Position numbers and translations under genes: made by a program. 64,000 bases of DNA, taken from assembly GCF_963921235.1 (NCBI RefSeq), contig NC_086108.1, positions 92,072,001 through 92,136,000 of the forward strand. The letters run 5' to 3'. Below, piece by piece: positions 14,151 to 27,131 of this stretch (the stretch's first letter is position 1; each line of letters opens with the position of its first letter). The notes below the pieces were generated by a model. The model ran no database searches. It had not been told where the DNA came from and worked only from the letters and a program-made list of their open reading frames with translations. The stretch is from Mobula hypostoma (taxonomy: Eukaryota).

Positions 14151-16123
14151 TCTCAAGGAAAGGGTTTGGAAGGATGCAGGTGCAGACAGATAGGACAAGG
14201 CAGAAGATCAGGTCAGCATGGAGTAAATGGGACAAAGGGTCTGTTTCTGTGCTATATTACTCTATGACTCTATTGTTTCTCCAAGCCTCTATGTTCTTCC
14301 TTCGGATTGACTGGTTGGATACATAGACAGGAAAGGTCTGGAGGAATAGAGCAAAATGCAGGTAAAAGGGACTAACTCCAATAGACATCTTGGGCCTGCT
14401 TTCATATTTTATGACTCTATACAAGATGGGGTGGCACGGTAGAGTAGCCATCCTGTAACCATCTAAAGACAAAAAAAATTAAGAATGACTCTTATTGCAT
14501 GGAATTGTCAGAGGATTTTATAATTTTCAAACAATGTATCTTTTATTGTATTTGTCACTGTTTTGCACATTTATCCTACATTACTCACCTTATGACTAAT
14601 ATTCATTCTTGAACTGCACTTCCTCTCTGATTTAGTCATCTCAGTTTTACAGTTCTGTGCGGAAGTCTTGGGCAAGGATCCTCAGCACCTGCAGACTTGA
14701 CCTTCAGCATTACTGACCTTCAACCATAGAGTGCTCTGACCTGGACTCCAAACACTGGCTCTTGTCCCTGATTCTTCACTTACTGCTCCTGATCTCTAAC
14801 TCCCTCTCATTCCTGTCCCTAAACCATAATCTGACCCTAACTCATCGCGCTGTTGTCAAATAACATCCCTACAACCCTAAAAAACTACTTAGTCTGAGCC
14901 ACGACCTTGATGGATATCGCAGCTCATTGCCATCTTGATCAAAGGGCATCATGATAATCAACAAACATAATTTGACAGGGAGTCACCGAATGTGAGTGAT
15001 GCCCACACGTTGAGAGTGCATGAGAAAGCAGAGAAGATGATAGTAAATTTCATCATCAGTGCCTACTTTTGATATACTCAATCCCTATTTAACCACTGAG
15101 GACTCCCTTGATTAAACAACCTTTTCCTTTACTCACAAGCTTACTATTGAACTAGCAAATGCTGACAGTTGGGGAGCTTTTGTAAGTTAAAACAAATTCT
15201 TTGTAGGGAGCAGTTTCTGAGTAGTGAGGAATTTAAAAAAAGAAAACATTTGGTCCAATATACCACGCAGTGCATATATGTATGTTTTTCCAGTTACCAG
15301 ACAACTCTTAATACGTACTACTGAGTTAATACAAAGCTAAGTACTCATGTTTCTGTTTCCTAACCACCTTCCTATTTTAACCAAAATCCAGTACTGTGCA
15401 AAAGTCTTAGGCGATCAGCAAGTCCCAAGGCAATAGGACTCCCTATGGGTGGGGGTCACAAGGTCCGGTGGCCACTCAAGTCTCTAGGGTCAGAGGTCCG
15501 TGCAAGTCTAAAGTGGAGGCCGGAAAGTTAAAGCTATGATCAGCGAGTCCTGGGGTCAATACCCGGATGACAGCGAAGTCTGGAGGGCAAAGCTGAAGGT
15601 CGAAGTCCAGAGGCCAGAAAGTTCTGTGGTGGAGGCCGGAAGATCAAAGCCAATAAATGGAGGCCCATAGGTGGCCTGTCCTGGGGTTGGGGGCCTGTTT
15701 GTGAATGGGAAGGTGGGAAAGGGGCTTGTTTTGCCGTTGCTGTTCTGTTTTGTTTTGTTGTTTTGTTCTGAACTTTGTGAGCATGCTATGTTGCTGCTGG
15801 AATGTATGGCCCCAACACAGCAAGTACATGCTTAGATATGTTAGCTGCTAACACAAAAGACACATTTCACTGTATGTTTCAATGTGATAAATAAATCTGA
15901 GTCAGATCCATAGCTTGGAACATGTATGTAATATAGTAAAGACACTACATAGCAATGCAAGTTTTAGATGTAATTTTTCTTTAATTCTAATTGCTGTTGT
16001 CTTAAATTTATAAAGATCCAGTATATTTTTGCCAACCAATCTGCTACAACTCTCCGTAATTTTGAATAGCCAAATTGATCGTTCCTCAATCTGACCTCCA
16101 GCAAAAAAAAGCCTGATGGTCTT

Positions 16124-16175
16124 ACAAACTTCCAGACCCCGTCTACACCACAAACTTCCAGACCCCATCTACACT
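16124..16175. repeat. 26-bp tandem duplication
   Basis: ACAAACTTCCAGACCCC(G/A)TCTACAC(C/T) twice. Confidence 0.85.
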
Positions 16176-16491
16176 CGCATGAATCTGCGTTGCTGCTCTT
16201 CCATCTATAAGCCCAAGGATCATCTCAGTGCTAATGGTGCAGGGTGATAACAATTGCTGAAATATCGGGGTCTGCTTCACCTGTTTAGTTTGATGAAGCA
16301 GCAAAATCTGAAAATTAACCAAACTTTCCTCCTGCTTAGACAACCACACTGTTGTCTGTTGCTAGCATATTGTGGTATTCTGCTGCAGTTGCTTAGATTG
16401 AAGTTAAAAATTAACTTTATTTGTCAAGGGTACCTCAAAATATCAAAACATACAGTGAAACGCATTGTTTTGCACCAGTGAGGATTTAAGA

Positions 16492-17415
16492 GGCTCTGAA
16501 TCCAACATATTATTCTCTGCAACTTCTGCCATCTTCAGCACGACTCAAACACATCTTTACTTACCCTCCCTCCCTCCCCCCACTTTCTGCTTTGTGCAGA
16601 GATCGCTTCCTGCGTGATTCTTGTGTCCATTCGTCCCACCCCACTGATCTCCCCCCGGCACTTATCCCTGCAAACTACGCCTGGCCACTCACCTGCTCCC
16701 CCCACCACCATTCAGGGCCCCAAAGAGTCCTTCCAGGTGAGGCAACACTTCACCTGCAAGTCTGTGGGGGTCACCTACTGTACCCAGTGCTCCCAGTGCA
16801 GCCTCCTCTACATCGGTGAGACCCGACGTAGACCAGGGGACTGCTTTGTCAAGCACCTTCACTCTGTCCGTAACAAGCACGATTTCCCAATGGCCAATAA
16901 GGCCAATCCCCATTCCTATTTTGGCATGTCGTTCCATGGTTTCCTCTACTGGCAAGATGAGACCACTCTCAGGTCGGAGGAGCTCTACCTCACATTCTGT
17001 CTGGGTAGCCTCCAAAATGATGGCATAAACAGTGATTTCTCCCCCCTCCCCCTTCTCTCTTCTTCCATTCCCTATTATGCCTCCCCTTTCACCTTTTCTC
17101 TTTTCCTTACATGCCTATCACCTCCCTCTGGTGCCCCTCCTCCTCTCCTTTCTTCCATGGTCCACTCTCCTTCTTCAGCCCTTTCCTTTTCCACCTATCA
17201 CCTCCCGTCTTCACACTTCACCCCCACCCACCTCCCTTTCCCCTCATGCGGCTTCGCCTATCACCTTCTAGTTTAAATACCTTCATATTCTGGCTTCTTC
17301 CCTCTTTCTTTCCAGTCCTGCTGAAGGGTCTCGGCCCGAAACATCGACTCTTTATTCCTTTCCATAGACGCTGCCTGACCTGTTGAGTTCCTCCAGCATT
17401 CTGTGTGTGTCATTC
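16492..17415 (+). mobile_element. Penelope-like element, GIY-YIG endonuclease remnant + 3' end
   Basis: FTCKSVGVTYCTQCSQCSLLYIGETRRR; 11-bp TSD AGGATTTAAGA (16481-16491/17416-17426). Confidence 0.88.
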
Positions 17416-18127
17416 AGGATTTAAGAAGGATTTCTTAAAATCATTATGTTACTATACCTCATGCGATAACTTAATAAAGTGAAGCTACTTCACCTGATGG
17501 GTTATGTGGCATTTCCCCCCCACCCATCCCTCCACTGAGTTAAACCACTGCCCATTTGCCAAAAGATTTGATTTCAGATCTCCATGTTTCCTTTTACTTC
17601 TTACTTACACATCTACCTCCTCCTTTTGTTTCCTTCTTGGTAGAGCTTGCCAACAGTATTGTGTACATGGAAACATACGGTAAGATGCGCTTTTGCGTTT
17701 CATGACCAGCACAGTCCAAATACGCACTGGGGCAACCTGCAAGTGTTGCTGTACTCCTGGTAACAACGTGGCATGTGCACAACTACTAATCCTGACCTGC
17801 ACAGCTTCAGAATGTGCAAGGAAACCAGGGCACCCACACAGTGACAGGGAGCTGATGGTTTTGTCACCATTGTGGCAAATAGTGGATTGGCATGTGGTCA
17901 AATTGCTGCATCCTTTAAATTACTGATGATTTGAATAATTAGGTAAATAATTACACTGGGCTTAACAAATGTTGTTTCCCTTTTCTAGCAGCTTTGTTTA
18001 AATCAAACCACAAAATTCCTCCAAAATACCCAGCATAAAAATTTGTGCATACTGTAACTGGCAAAGTAAGCTATGTATGTGTAAATATTTGAATCTGTAT
18101 GCATGTTGATGTGAACATATATATAAT

Positions 18128-18384
18128 AGTTTCCAGGGTACAGGGGCCTGGCAAGTTTGTATGGAAGACTGGCAGTTGCCCATGTTGCAAGTCTCCCCTC
18201 TCCACGCCACCAATGTTGTCTAAGGGAAGGACACTAGGGCCGATACAGCTTGTCGCCGATGTCATTGCAGAGCAATATGTGGTTAAGTGCCTTGCTCAAG
18301 GACACAACATGCTGCCTCAGCTGAGGCCCGAACTAGCGACCTTCAGATCACTAGACCAACGCCTTAACCACTTGGCCACGTGCC

Positions 18385-18386
<2 letters not shown>
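18128..18386 (-). mobile_element. tRNA-derived SINE (third copy, 3' end shortened)
   Basis: Matches 2333-2641 and 7243-7553. Confidence 0.88.

Positions 18387-18460
<74 letters not shown>
18386..18460. repeat. Compound (CA)n(TA)n(CA)n microsatellite
   Basis: Directly visible. Confidence 0.95.
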
Positions 18461-18461
<1 letters not shown>

Positions 18462-19199
18462 GTGTCTGCAGGTGGGTATGAACATAAATATAATTTTAAA
18501 TCTAAGCACGATTCGTACTCATCCCTCACTCTCTTACTATATTTGTGAAGTGCATGCATACATCTGGTTTGTACATTTAGCATTTGTGCAGGTTTAGGTT
18601 TGAGTTAAGGACATTTTTTCACAAAATGTTCAACATTAGCATCATCATTAACATTTATAATTGAACAAACTGTTTGCATGCAACAAATCTAATTTTGTAT
18701 TTACACAAGGACACTTCTAGTAATAAGGCACAAATATATTCTTCTTACATACTAGACAGAGTGTAAGAACACAGTCACCAATAGGTCTCTTTGAAGATTT
18801 TTTTCCTCTAAAAGGTCAAAGCCAGGCAAAAGATCAAATGTGCTTAGCAAAGGATACACTCTCCTCTGTGCCAAAGCCTCATGCAAGATCATCACTGCTC
18901 TGAGAGCACAAGATCAAATAATAATCCCTTATACATTCATTGAACCAGAAAATTAGCTTGCTGGAAAAAATGTATGAATCATTCTATTGATAAAATGTAT
19001 AATTTAATAGTTGACAATGAGGAAATGCAAAGGATTTTGTAAATGGATCTGTAAAAGACAATCAGAAATTTATTTTATTCAGAAGGAATGGTTATTGGCA
19101 AAATTAAGATGCAGAATATTAAAGGAAATATGGTAGCATGAAAAAAGTTATTGTTGGAGAAATAATTAACAAGCGTCTTTGTGGGACTGTTCCAAGAAG

Positions 19200-19570
19200 G
19201 ATATCATCGCCATGAAGTCCTTCTGTAGACTCTCTGTTTCTTGGACACTCCCTGCCCATACACCTATCTATGTATTGTCTGCAAAGTTAACCACAAAACT
19301 ATCAATTTCATCATCCAAAGCATTGACATACACTGTGAAAAGAAGTGATCCCAACACCAACACATGTGGAACACCACTAGTCTCTGGCAGCCAAACAGAA
19401 AAGGCCCCTTTTATTCCCACTCTTTGCACCTGCCAGTCAGCCAATCTTTTTTCCATGCTAGTATATTTCCTGTAATTCCATGGGCTCTTATCTTGTTAAG
19501 CAGCCTCATGTGTAGCACCTTCTCAAAAGCCTTCTGCAAATCCAAGTAAACAACATCCACGGACACTGCT
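19200..19570 (-). mobile_element. CR1 RT fragment
   Basis: QRVGIKGAFS.W...TSGVP...VLG.LLFTVYVN.LD, NFADNT. Confidence 0.85.
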
Positions 19571-20069
19571 TTCCTGTATATCAAGAGATTTTCAATATTT
19601 CATGAGAAGTAATCCATATTTAAAACACTGTGCGAGTAGTAAATCTGAAATTACTACAGAAAATGCTAAGTCAGGCAGCATCAGGCAGCATCTGTGGAGA
19701 GTCAAACAGAACCAATGACCCATCAGCAAAAGTGGCATGATGGCGAATAGACAACTGCTGAAATTTCTGATGGAAGATCCTTGTTCTGTAACAATAACTC
19801 TGGTTCTCTTTCTGTGGACCTGCTTGACCTACAGAGTATTTCCAGTGCTTTCTGTTTACATCTCACTAAAGTTATCTTGATTTAATGTCATTGCAAAAGT
19901 TGTGACACAGCATATCCTTCTGGAGCCTTGAAGAATAGTTTATTTTTGCGTCCGAGATATCTGATTATGACTTCAATCTGAATAAGCCATGGAGAAACAA
20001 GATTAAGCTATGATTTACTAATACAGATTACATAAAGTACTTATCATCTTAACTCATCCACTTGAAACA

Positions 20070-20200
20070 TTATCTCTGTCTCTCTCCCATCTTCTCTCCC
20101 ATTTCCCTCTCCCTCACCCTCTCCTCTCTCTCCCTCCCTCCTCTCTCTCCCTCTCTCTCTCTCTCTCTCTCACGCTCTCTATCCCCCACCCCTCCCCAAA
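20070..20200. repeat. CT-rich low complexity / (CT)n
   Basis: Directly visible. Confidence 0.9.
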
Positions 20201-20965
20201 GCTCCTGCCAGACTTGCTGACAGATTTTCTGCTTGTATTTAAGATTTGATTAAGTTTGTTTTTGAATTCCTAACAACATCTCCAGGGTAGTTAGTTTATT
20301 TAACTATTTTTTTACTCTTTCTCAATCTTGATTAGCAGATAACTCTTACCGTTTCACCTAAAAATTGGTGTTCCATTCATTCCCATAGATCCCTGACTGT
20401 AAGAATTGGCTGTTCTCAAGGTAGAAAGGGGAAGATGTAGTGATGTAGTCTTCCATTTGCAGAAGAAATTTACTCCAGAGACAAGAGCTGCCTTGGCCAG
20501 AATCGTCATTCTTTAAAAAGCATTCAGCAATGATCTCATTACTGGGGACAGGCTTGGCCAGTTCATTCTTACTCGCTTCAAGTTTGAGGTTAAAGATGAG
20601 AGTGTTCAATCAAATCCATCAACACGTTTCACCTTCTTCCTATTAAAGCTTTCTCTAGATTCCTGAAGAGTTGTGACTTTGAACAGGAGACTTTGCATTA
20701 GAAGTAAAACCAGAAATTGCAGCAAACATATCAGAAGTTTGTTGAAGTTTTAGAAAGAAGACAGATCACTAGCTCTAATGGAAGGTGTTCAATCTGAAAC
20801 ATTAACTCCTTTTTTCTTTCCACAGATATTCCCCAACTTGTTGAATATTTCCATCACTTTCTTGTTTTATTTCAGATTTCCAGCATTTGCAGATCTCTTG
20901 ATTTTCTGATCTTGTAGTAGAAATACACAGGCAAATATTATTAGGAACTATAATAACATTTAGAC

Positions 20966-21035
20966 CAGGGGCTCTCAAACATTTTTAACACTTGGACCCC
21001 TACCATTAATCCAGGGGTCTGTGAACCCCTCCTCT
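20966..21035. mobile_element. ~70-80 bp hAT-like MITE, degenerate
   Basis: CAGGGG..CTCAAAC start; resembles 49627-49705 and 63334-63412. Confidence 0.55.
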
Positions 21036-21143
21036 AGTCTAGACCATCAATCATGTCACATACATGGGATGCAGTTGTATAAATTGTTGGCCTCATCTCA
21101 GTTAAGTCAGAATAGCCTGAAGTTATTGGCTGTGCTAACTTTA

Positions 21144-23055
21144 CAGTGCCTATAAAATGTATTCACCCCTCCCCCAGAAGTTTTCATGTTTTATTGTTTT
21201 ACAAAATTGAATCACTGTGGATTTAATTTGGCTTTTTTTGACACTGATCAACAGAAAAAGACTCTTTCATGTCAGAGTGAAAACAGCTCTCTACAGTAAT
21301 CCAAATTAATTATGAATATAAAACACAAAACAGATTGCATAAGTATTCACCCCCTTTAATATGGCACACTAAGTCATCACTGGTGCAGCAAATTGGTATT
21401 AGAAGTCACATAATTAGCTAAATGGAGATCACCGTGTGCAGTTAAGGTGTTTCAATTGATTGTGGTAAAAAATGCACCTGTATCTGGAAGGTCCAACTGC
21501 TGGTGAGTCAGTATCCTGACAAAAACTACACCATGCAGTCAAAAGAACACCCCCAGGCAACTCCACAAAAAGGTTATTGGAAAGCACAAGTCAGGCGATG
21601 GATACAAGGAAATGTACAAGTCTCTGAATAACCTTTAGAGTACAGTTAGTCAATCAGGAGATCAGTGTGTCATGGGAGTCAGAAGATCTACGGCTGTGTG
21701 CACAGAGACCTGAAATCTTTGGGCACAGTTCTCGGAAAAAGCGACGCAACAGACTTTTAACATCATAAACCAACGAGTTGTTTGTTATGTCTCCCCTCTC
21801 TCTGTGAAACAGAAACACTTCTTTCTCCGTTATTAAGGAGAGAGAGAGAGCCTCTGGTATGTTGAATACTGGGTGAACAAGCAATCTTTGGGGTACTGCA
21901 AGTCTGTGTCTTTGCTGTTGCATTGCTGCACGCTTGAGTGCTCAGTGGTGGGTGCCGATGCTTTTTTTGCTGGTGTGGGGAGGGGGGGATTGTTGCTTGC
22001 TGCTGCTTACGCGCAGCAGGGAGGGGGGCTGGGGGAGGACTTTGGGGTTCTAACATTTAACTGTCATTCATTCTTTGGGGCACTCCTCTGTTTTCATAGA
22101 TAGTTGTGAAGATGAAGCATTGAAGAATGTATATTGTATACATTTCTCCAACATTATATATATATATCTTTGAAACCAAAAAGTGGAAAGAATATGGCAC
22201 AGCTGTAAATCTGCCTAGAGCAGGTCATCCTCAAAAACTGAGTGACTGTGCAAGAAGGGGACTAGTGAGGGAGGTCACCAAGAGACTTATGACAGCTCTG
22301 GAGGAATTACCAGCTTCAGTGATTGAGATGGGAGAGAATCCTCATACAACAACTGTCGCCCGGGTTCTTCACCAGTCACAGCTTTATGGGACAAAGGCAA
22401 AGAGAAAGACACGGTTGAAAAGAACTCACATGAAATCTCAGTTAGAGTTTGCCAGAAGGCATATGGGAGACTCTGAAGTCAGCTGGAAGAAGGTTCTATG
22501 GTCTGATGAAGCTAACATTAAGCTTTTTGGCCATTAGTCTAAACACTATGTTTGCCATCAGCCAGACTCTGCATATCATCCAAAGCACACCATCCCTACT
22601 GTGAGTCATAGTGGTGACTGCATCATGCTGTGGGGATGCTTCACTGCAGCAGGTCCTGTTAGGCTTTTGAAGGTAGAGGGTAAAATGAATGCAGCAAAAT
22701 ACAGGGAGATCCTGGAGAGAACCGTGGCTTGGTAGCGGATTTGTTTTCCAGCAAGACAATGAACCCAAGTACAAAGCCAAAGGTAGACAGGAATGGCTTA
22801 AAAACAACAAAGTTAATGTCCTGGAGTGGCCAAGTTAGAGTCCAGACCTCAATCCAATTGAAAATTTATGGCTAAACTTGAAAAGGGCTGTCAGTCATGA
22901 TCCCCCATGTAATCTGAGCTTGAACTGTTTTGTAAAGAAGAATGGGGAAAAATTGTAGTGTCCGGATGTACAAAGCTGATAGAGACCTATCCACATAGAC
23001 TCAAGGCTGTAATTGCTGCCAAAGGTGCATCTACTAAATACTGACTTGAAGAGGA
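21144..23055 (+). mobile_element. Tc1 DNA transposon, defective transposase, right TIR missing
   Basis: TA|CAGTGCC left TIR with repeated GTATTCACCCC; KKWKEYGTAVNLPRAG, WKKVLWSDE, FQQDNEPK, SPDLNPIENLW, AAKGASTKY*; stops and frameshifts. Confidence 0.93.
21656..22175 (+). mobile_element. Non-autonomous retroelement inserted into the Tc1 transposase gene
   Basis: Interrupts transposase N-terminus; ends in a LINE-like 3' tail (CTTTGAAACC). Confidence 0.65.
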
Positions 23056-23610
23056 CCAATAACGTCAGTGCCAAACATGGCATCAAATTAAAATAAACCT
23101 ATCTGCCTGACAAGATCCACCTCCATCTATAGTATTCTCTCTTAAACATCGTTATTTTATCTGCTCACTACCTCATCTAGTAGCACATTCCAGACATCTA
23201 CCATTGCAAATGAATCAACAGACAACATCATGGATGAAAGATCAGTCTTCCAGAGTTTGAACCCACAGAAAGCATCAGGCCTGGATGGTGTCACTTGTTG
23301 TGTAGATCAGATATTTGCAGACATTTTTAATCTCATCCTCTTCACATTTGTGGCACCCCCCTGCTTCAAGAGGACGACTGATTCCCAAAAAAAACAAGGC
23401 AATGTACCTTAATGGCTACTGTGCAGTGGCTCTACTGTCATGACAAGCTTTGAGAGGCGGGTAAAGGCTCATATCAACTCCAGCTTTTAGATAACCTTAA
23501 ACCACTACCACTGAAACTGGTCTGCGGCGGAAGCCTGGCCCGACACTTATCTCAGGAGCATCTGGACAGTAAAGACACCCAAGTCAGACTATTGTTCAGT
23601 GGAAACGATG

Positions 23611-23646
23611 AGTTGACGTTTCAGGTCGGAACCCTTCGTCAGGACT
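23611..23646 (-). ncRNA. Minimal hammerhead ribozyme motif
   Basis: AGTC-CTGACGA-AGGGTTCCGACCT-GAAA-CG-TC-AACT on minus strand. Confidence 0.65.
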
Positions 23647-24474
23647 GTAGAGAGAAGGGGCAGAGGCCCTATAAAGAAGGTGGGGGGAGGGTGGGAAGGA
23701 GAAGGCTGGTAGATTCCAGGTGAAAAACCAGTAAGGGGAAAGATCAAGGGGTGGGGGGGAAAGATAAAGGGGTGGGGGAAGGGAAGCAGGGAGGTGGAGA
23801 CTACCTCGACGGTATATGAGGTGTTGCTCCTCCAACCTGAGTTTAGCCTCATCATGGCAGTAGAGGAGGCCATGTATGGACATATCTGAATGGGAGTGGG
23901 AAGCAGAGTTGAAGTGGATGGCTACTGGGAGATCCTGTCTGTTATGGCGGACGGAGCAGAGGTGCTCAACGAAGCGGTCCCCCAATCTGCGTCGGGTTTC
24001 ACCTCCGCTCCATCCGCCACAACAGACAGGGTCTCCCAGTAGCCACCCACTTCAACTCTGCTTCCCACTCCCATTCAGATATGTCCATACTTGGCCTCCT
24101 CTACTGCCATGATGAGGCTAAACTCAGGTTGGAGGAGCAAAACCTCATTTACCGTCTAGATAGTCTCCAGCCCCTTGGTGTGAACATAGAATTCTCCAAC
24201 TTCCGGTAACTCCCTCGTCCTCCCTTCCCCTATCCCTATTTCACTCTGCCGCCTCCCCCAGCTGCCTACTACCTCCCTCATGGTTCCATCTCCTTCTAAT
24301 ACCCATTGTGTTTTCCCCTGTTCCTTCTTCACCTTTCCTGCCTATCACCTCCCTGTCTCCACTCCCCCACCCCTTTATCTTTCCCCTTACTGGTTTTTCA
24401 CCTGGAATCTACCAGCCTTCTCCTTCCCACCCTCCCCCCACCTTCTTTATAGGGCCTCTGCCCCTTCCCCCTAC

Positions 24475-24510
24475 AGCCCTGACGAAGGGCTCCGGCCCGA
24501 AACGTCGACT
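24475..24510 (+). ncRNA. Minimal hammerhead ribozyme motif
   Basis: AGCC-CTGACGA-AGGGC(TCCG)GCCC-GAAA-CG-TC-GACT. Confidence 0.7.
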
Positions 24511-26107
24511 CATCGTTTCCACGGATGCTGCCCGACCTGCCGAGTTCCTCCTGCGTGTTGTGAGTGTTGCTTTAATCCCAGCATCTGCAGAGCATTTTGT
24601 GTTCAGACTATTGTTTATTGACTACAACCTAGCTTCAATACTATTAGTCCAAACAAGCTCGTCACCACACTGTGGACCCTGGGAGTTAATGCCTCCCTAT
24701 GCAAGGGAGGTTGATTGTTGTCTTTTGGATCAACAGAATGCAATCACTAAAGCTATGCAGCTACACCTCTGCCACAAATATTCTGAACACTGGTGCTCCA
24801 TAAGATTGTGCCTTCAGCCCCCTAATCTACTTACTGTACACTCAGGACTGTGTGGCTGGATTCAGCTCTACCTTCATCTACAGGTCTGCAGATGACACCA
24901 CTATAGAGGGCCACAGCTCAAATAATGATGAGTCAGAGTACTGGAAGGAGATAGAGAGTTTAGTGACATGCTGTCATGATAACAACCTTTCCCTCAGTGT
25001 CAACAAAAGAGCTGGCCGTTAACTTCAGGAAGTAGAATGGTGCACATGCCCCTGTTTACATCAATGGTGTTGAGGTTGAGAGGGTTAAGAGCTCCATCTT
25101 CCTTGGTGTGAACATCACTAATAGCCCGTGTTGATGCTGTGGCCAAGAAAACTCCCCAGTGCCTCTCCTTCCTGAGGAAGCTAAAGAAATTCAGCATGTC
25201 AATTTTTATTGATGCTCCATAGAAAGCAATCTGTCTGGATGTATAATGGCTTTGTGTGGTAACTGCTCTGCATGTAACCACAAGTAACTGCTGAGAGTTG
25301 TGGACACAGCTCAACACATCACAGGAACCAGACTCTGGTCTATACTTGCTGCCTCAGTAAAACAGCCAGCATCATCAAAGACCCTCCCCTCCCCAGACAT
25401 TCACCCTTCTCCTCTCTTCCATCGGGGAGAAGATACAAAAGTGTGAAAGCATGTACCACCAGGTTCTATCCCACTGTTATCAGAATCTTGAATGGACCTC
25501 TTCTACCATAAGATAGACACTTGACCCCACTATCTACCTCATTATGATCTTGCAATTTATCATTTATTTGAATGTTCTCTTTCAGTAGCTTTTAAACTTT
25601 ATTCTGCATTGTTATTGTTTTACCTTATTCTAGCTCATAATGACTTGATCTGTATAAACAGCATGCAAGACAAGCTTTTCATTATATCTTGGTACATGTG
25701 ACAATAATTAACCAACACCACTCTGTGTTTTAAAACAAAACTTGCCTCCCATGCCCCCTTTACCTTCACCCCCCACCCCCTCAGCTTAAGGGTATCCTCT
25801 CTAATATTTGACATTTACGCCCTGGGAAAAATAATCAGAACCAGAATCAGATTTAATATCACCGGCATGTGTCGTGAAATTTGTTACTCTGAGAACCTAA
25901 CTTATCTATCCCTCTCATAATGTTATAAAATCCATTCACGTCTCTTCTCAGCCTCCAATACCCCAGGGTAAATAATGCAAGTTTTTTTCAACTTCTCACA
26001 GTTATTTCTCCAGTCCTCCAGCACTCCAAATGTGGCCTAATCCACATTTTGTATAGTTACAACACGACTTTCCAACTCTTATACTCAATGCCCTAACCAA
26101 TGAAGAC

Positions 26108-26360
26108 AAAAACACTAAACACACACAAGATGCTGGAAGAACTCAGCAGGACAGGCAGCATCTATGGAACAGTCAATGTTTCAGGCCAAGATCCTTCATC
26201 AGAGGGGTGAAGAATCTCACAGCCCAAATCGTTAACTGTTTATTCCTCTCCTTAGATGCTGCCTGACGTGCTGAGTTCCTCCAGCATTGTGTGTGTGTGT
26301 GTGTGTGTGTGTGTTTTTGCTCTGGATTTCCAGCATCTGCAGAATCTCTTGTGTTTAAGA
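26108..26360. mobile_element. Short palindromic Penelope-derived element
   Basis: Two inverted Penelope 3' termini; CTGATGA..GAAA core on minus arm (~26171-26203); (TG)n at 26288-26313. Confidence 0.7.
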
Positions 26361-27131
26361 CATCCTCTTTACCACCATCTGTAACTGTGTTTCCACTCTC
26401 AGGGAGCTATGGACTTGCAAAGTCCAGGGATGTTGTTTTAAAGTTTCTAACTATGATTTGTAAAGCATCTGAGTTCAGAATTATTATGGATCTTCATTTA
26501 TTATCTATCTCTCCCCAATGGTATGATTCAACATGTAGCAATTTCAGAGGCATTTCAATTAAGCAGTAGACAAACTGATATCAGAATGAAAGAAGCTACA
26601 TTTTATATTTTGTAAATGAATTACACAAAAACAAATAACATCCCATAAAAGACTCCAAAAATAATCAATCTGAACATTTTGATGAAAAATGTTTACACTA
26701 AAATGCCCACTTATATTGATGTGTGTAAGACTATGGTTGATGGAGAGCTTGTTCATTGAATGATAATTGCAGAAAAAGCAAATAAAAAAGCCAATATTCA
26801 ATGGGCCATAAGCCAATTAGTGCAGAATTCATTCAGAGGATATTGAGCTACCAGAGACCTATTGATTTAATTTGTATGAATGAGAAAGAAATACGCATAA
26901 GGTCATCACCTTTTGAGAAACTCTTGTCAAGACAGTAATCATTGCTGAGCGCAGCCTGTAAAGAGGAAGACGGACGTGAAAGCAGCTAATGAAGGCACAT
27001 TAAAACTTAAGAGCTGGAGGATGAAGATGGTGCTCTGAACTTCGGTCCTAGTCTGAACAAAACTAGCATGACCCAAGCACATTTAACAATTACCAATACA
27101 AGAAGCTCACCCTCACAGCAAAGAATGAATA

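Larger units (their letters stand above)
23597..24602. mobile_element. Penelope-like element with inverted arms
   Basis: Minus arm 23597-24003, plus arm 24000-24602; 13-bp TSD TCAGACTATTGTT (23584-23596/24603-24615); GIY-YIG C-terminal remnant (RFVEHL...PVA.HFN). Confidence 0.9.
23215..25705 (+). mobile_element. Rex1/Babar-like LINE, heavily degenerate, interrupted by a Penelope pair
   Basis: KASGLDGV, FADIFNL, PPCFK; the frame remnant VRLLFIDY continues across the insertion; ADDTT remnant at ~24890. Confidence 0.85.

Noticed and set aside
22127..23044. Possible active or domesticated Tc1 transposase
   Set aside because: Premature stops, deletions, an insertion in the N-terminus and missing right TIR
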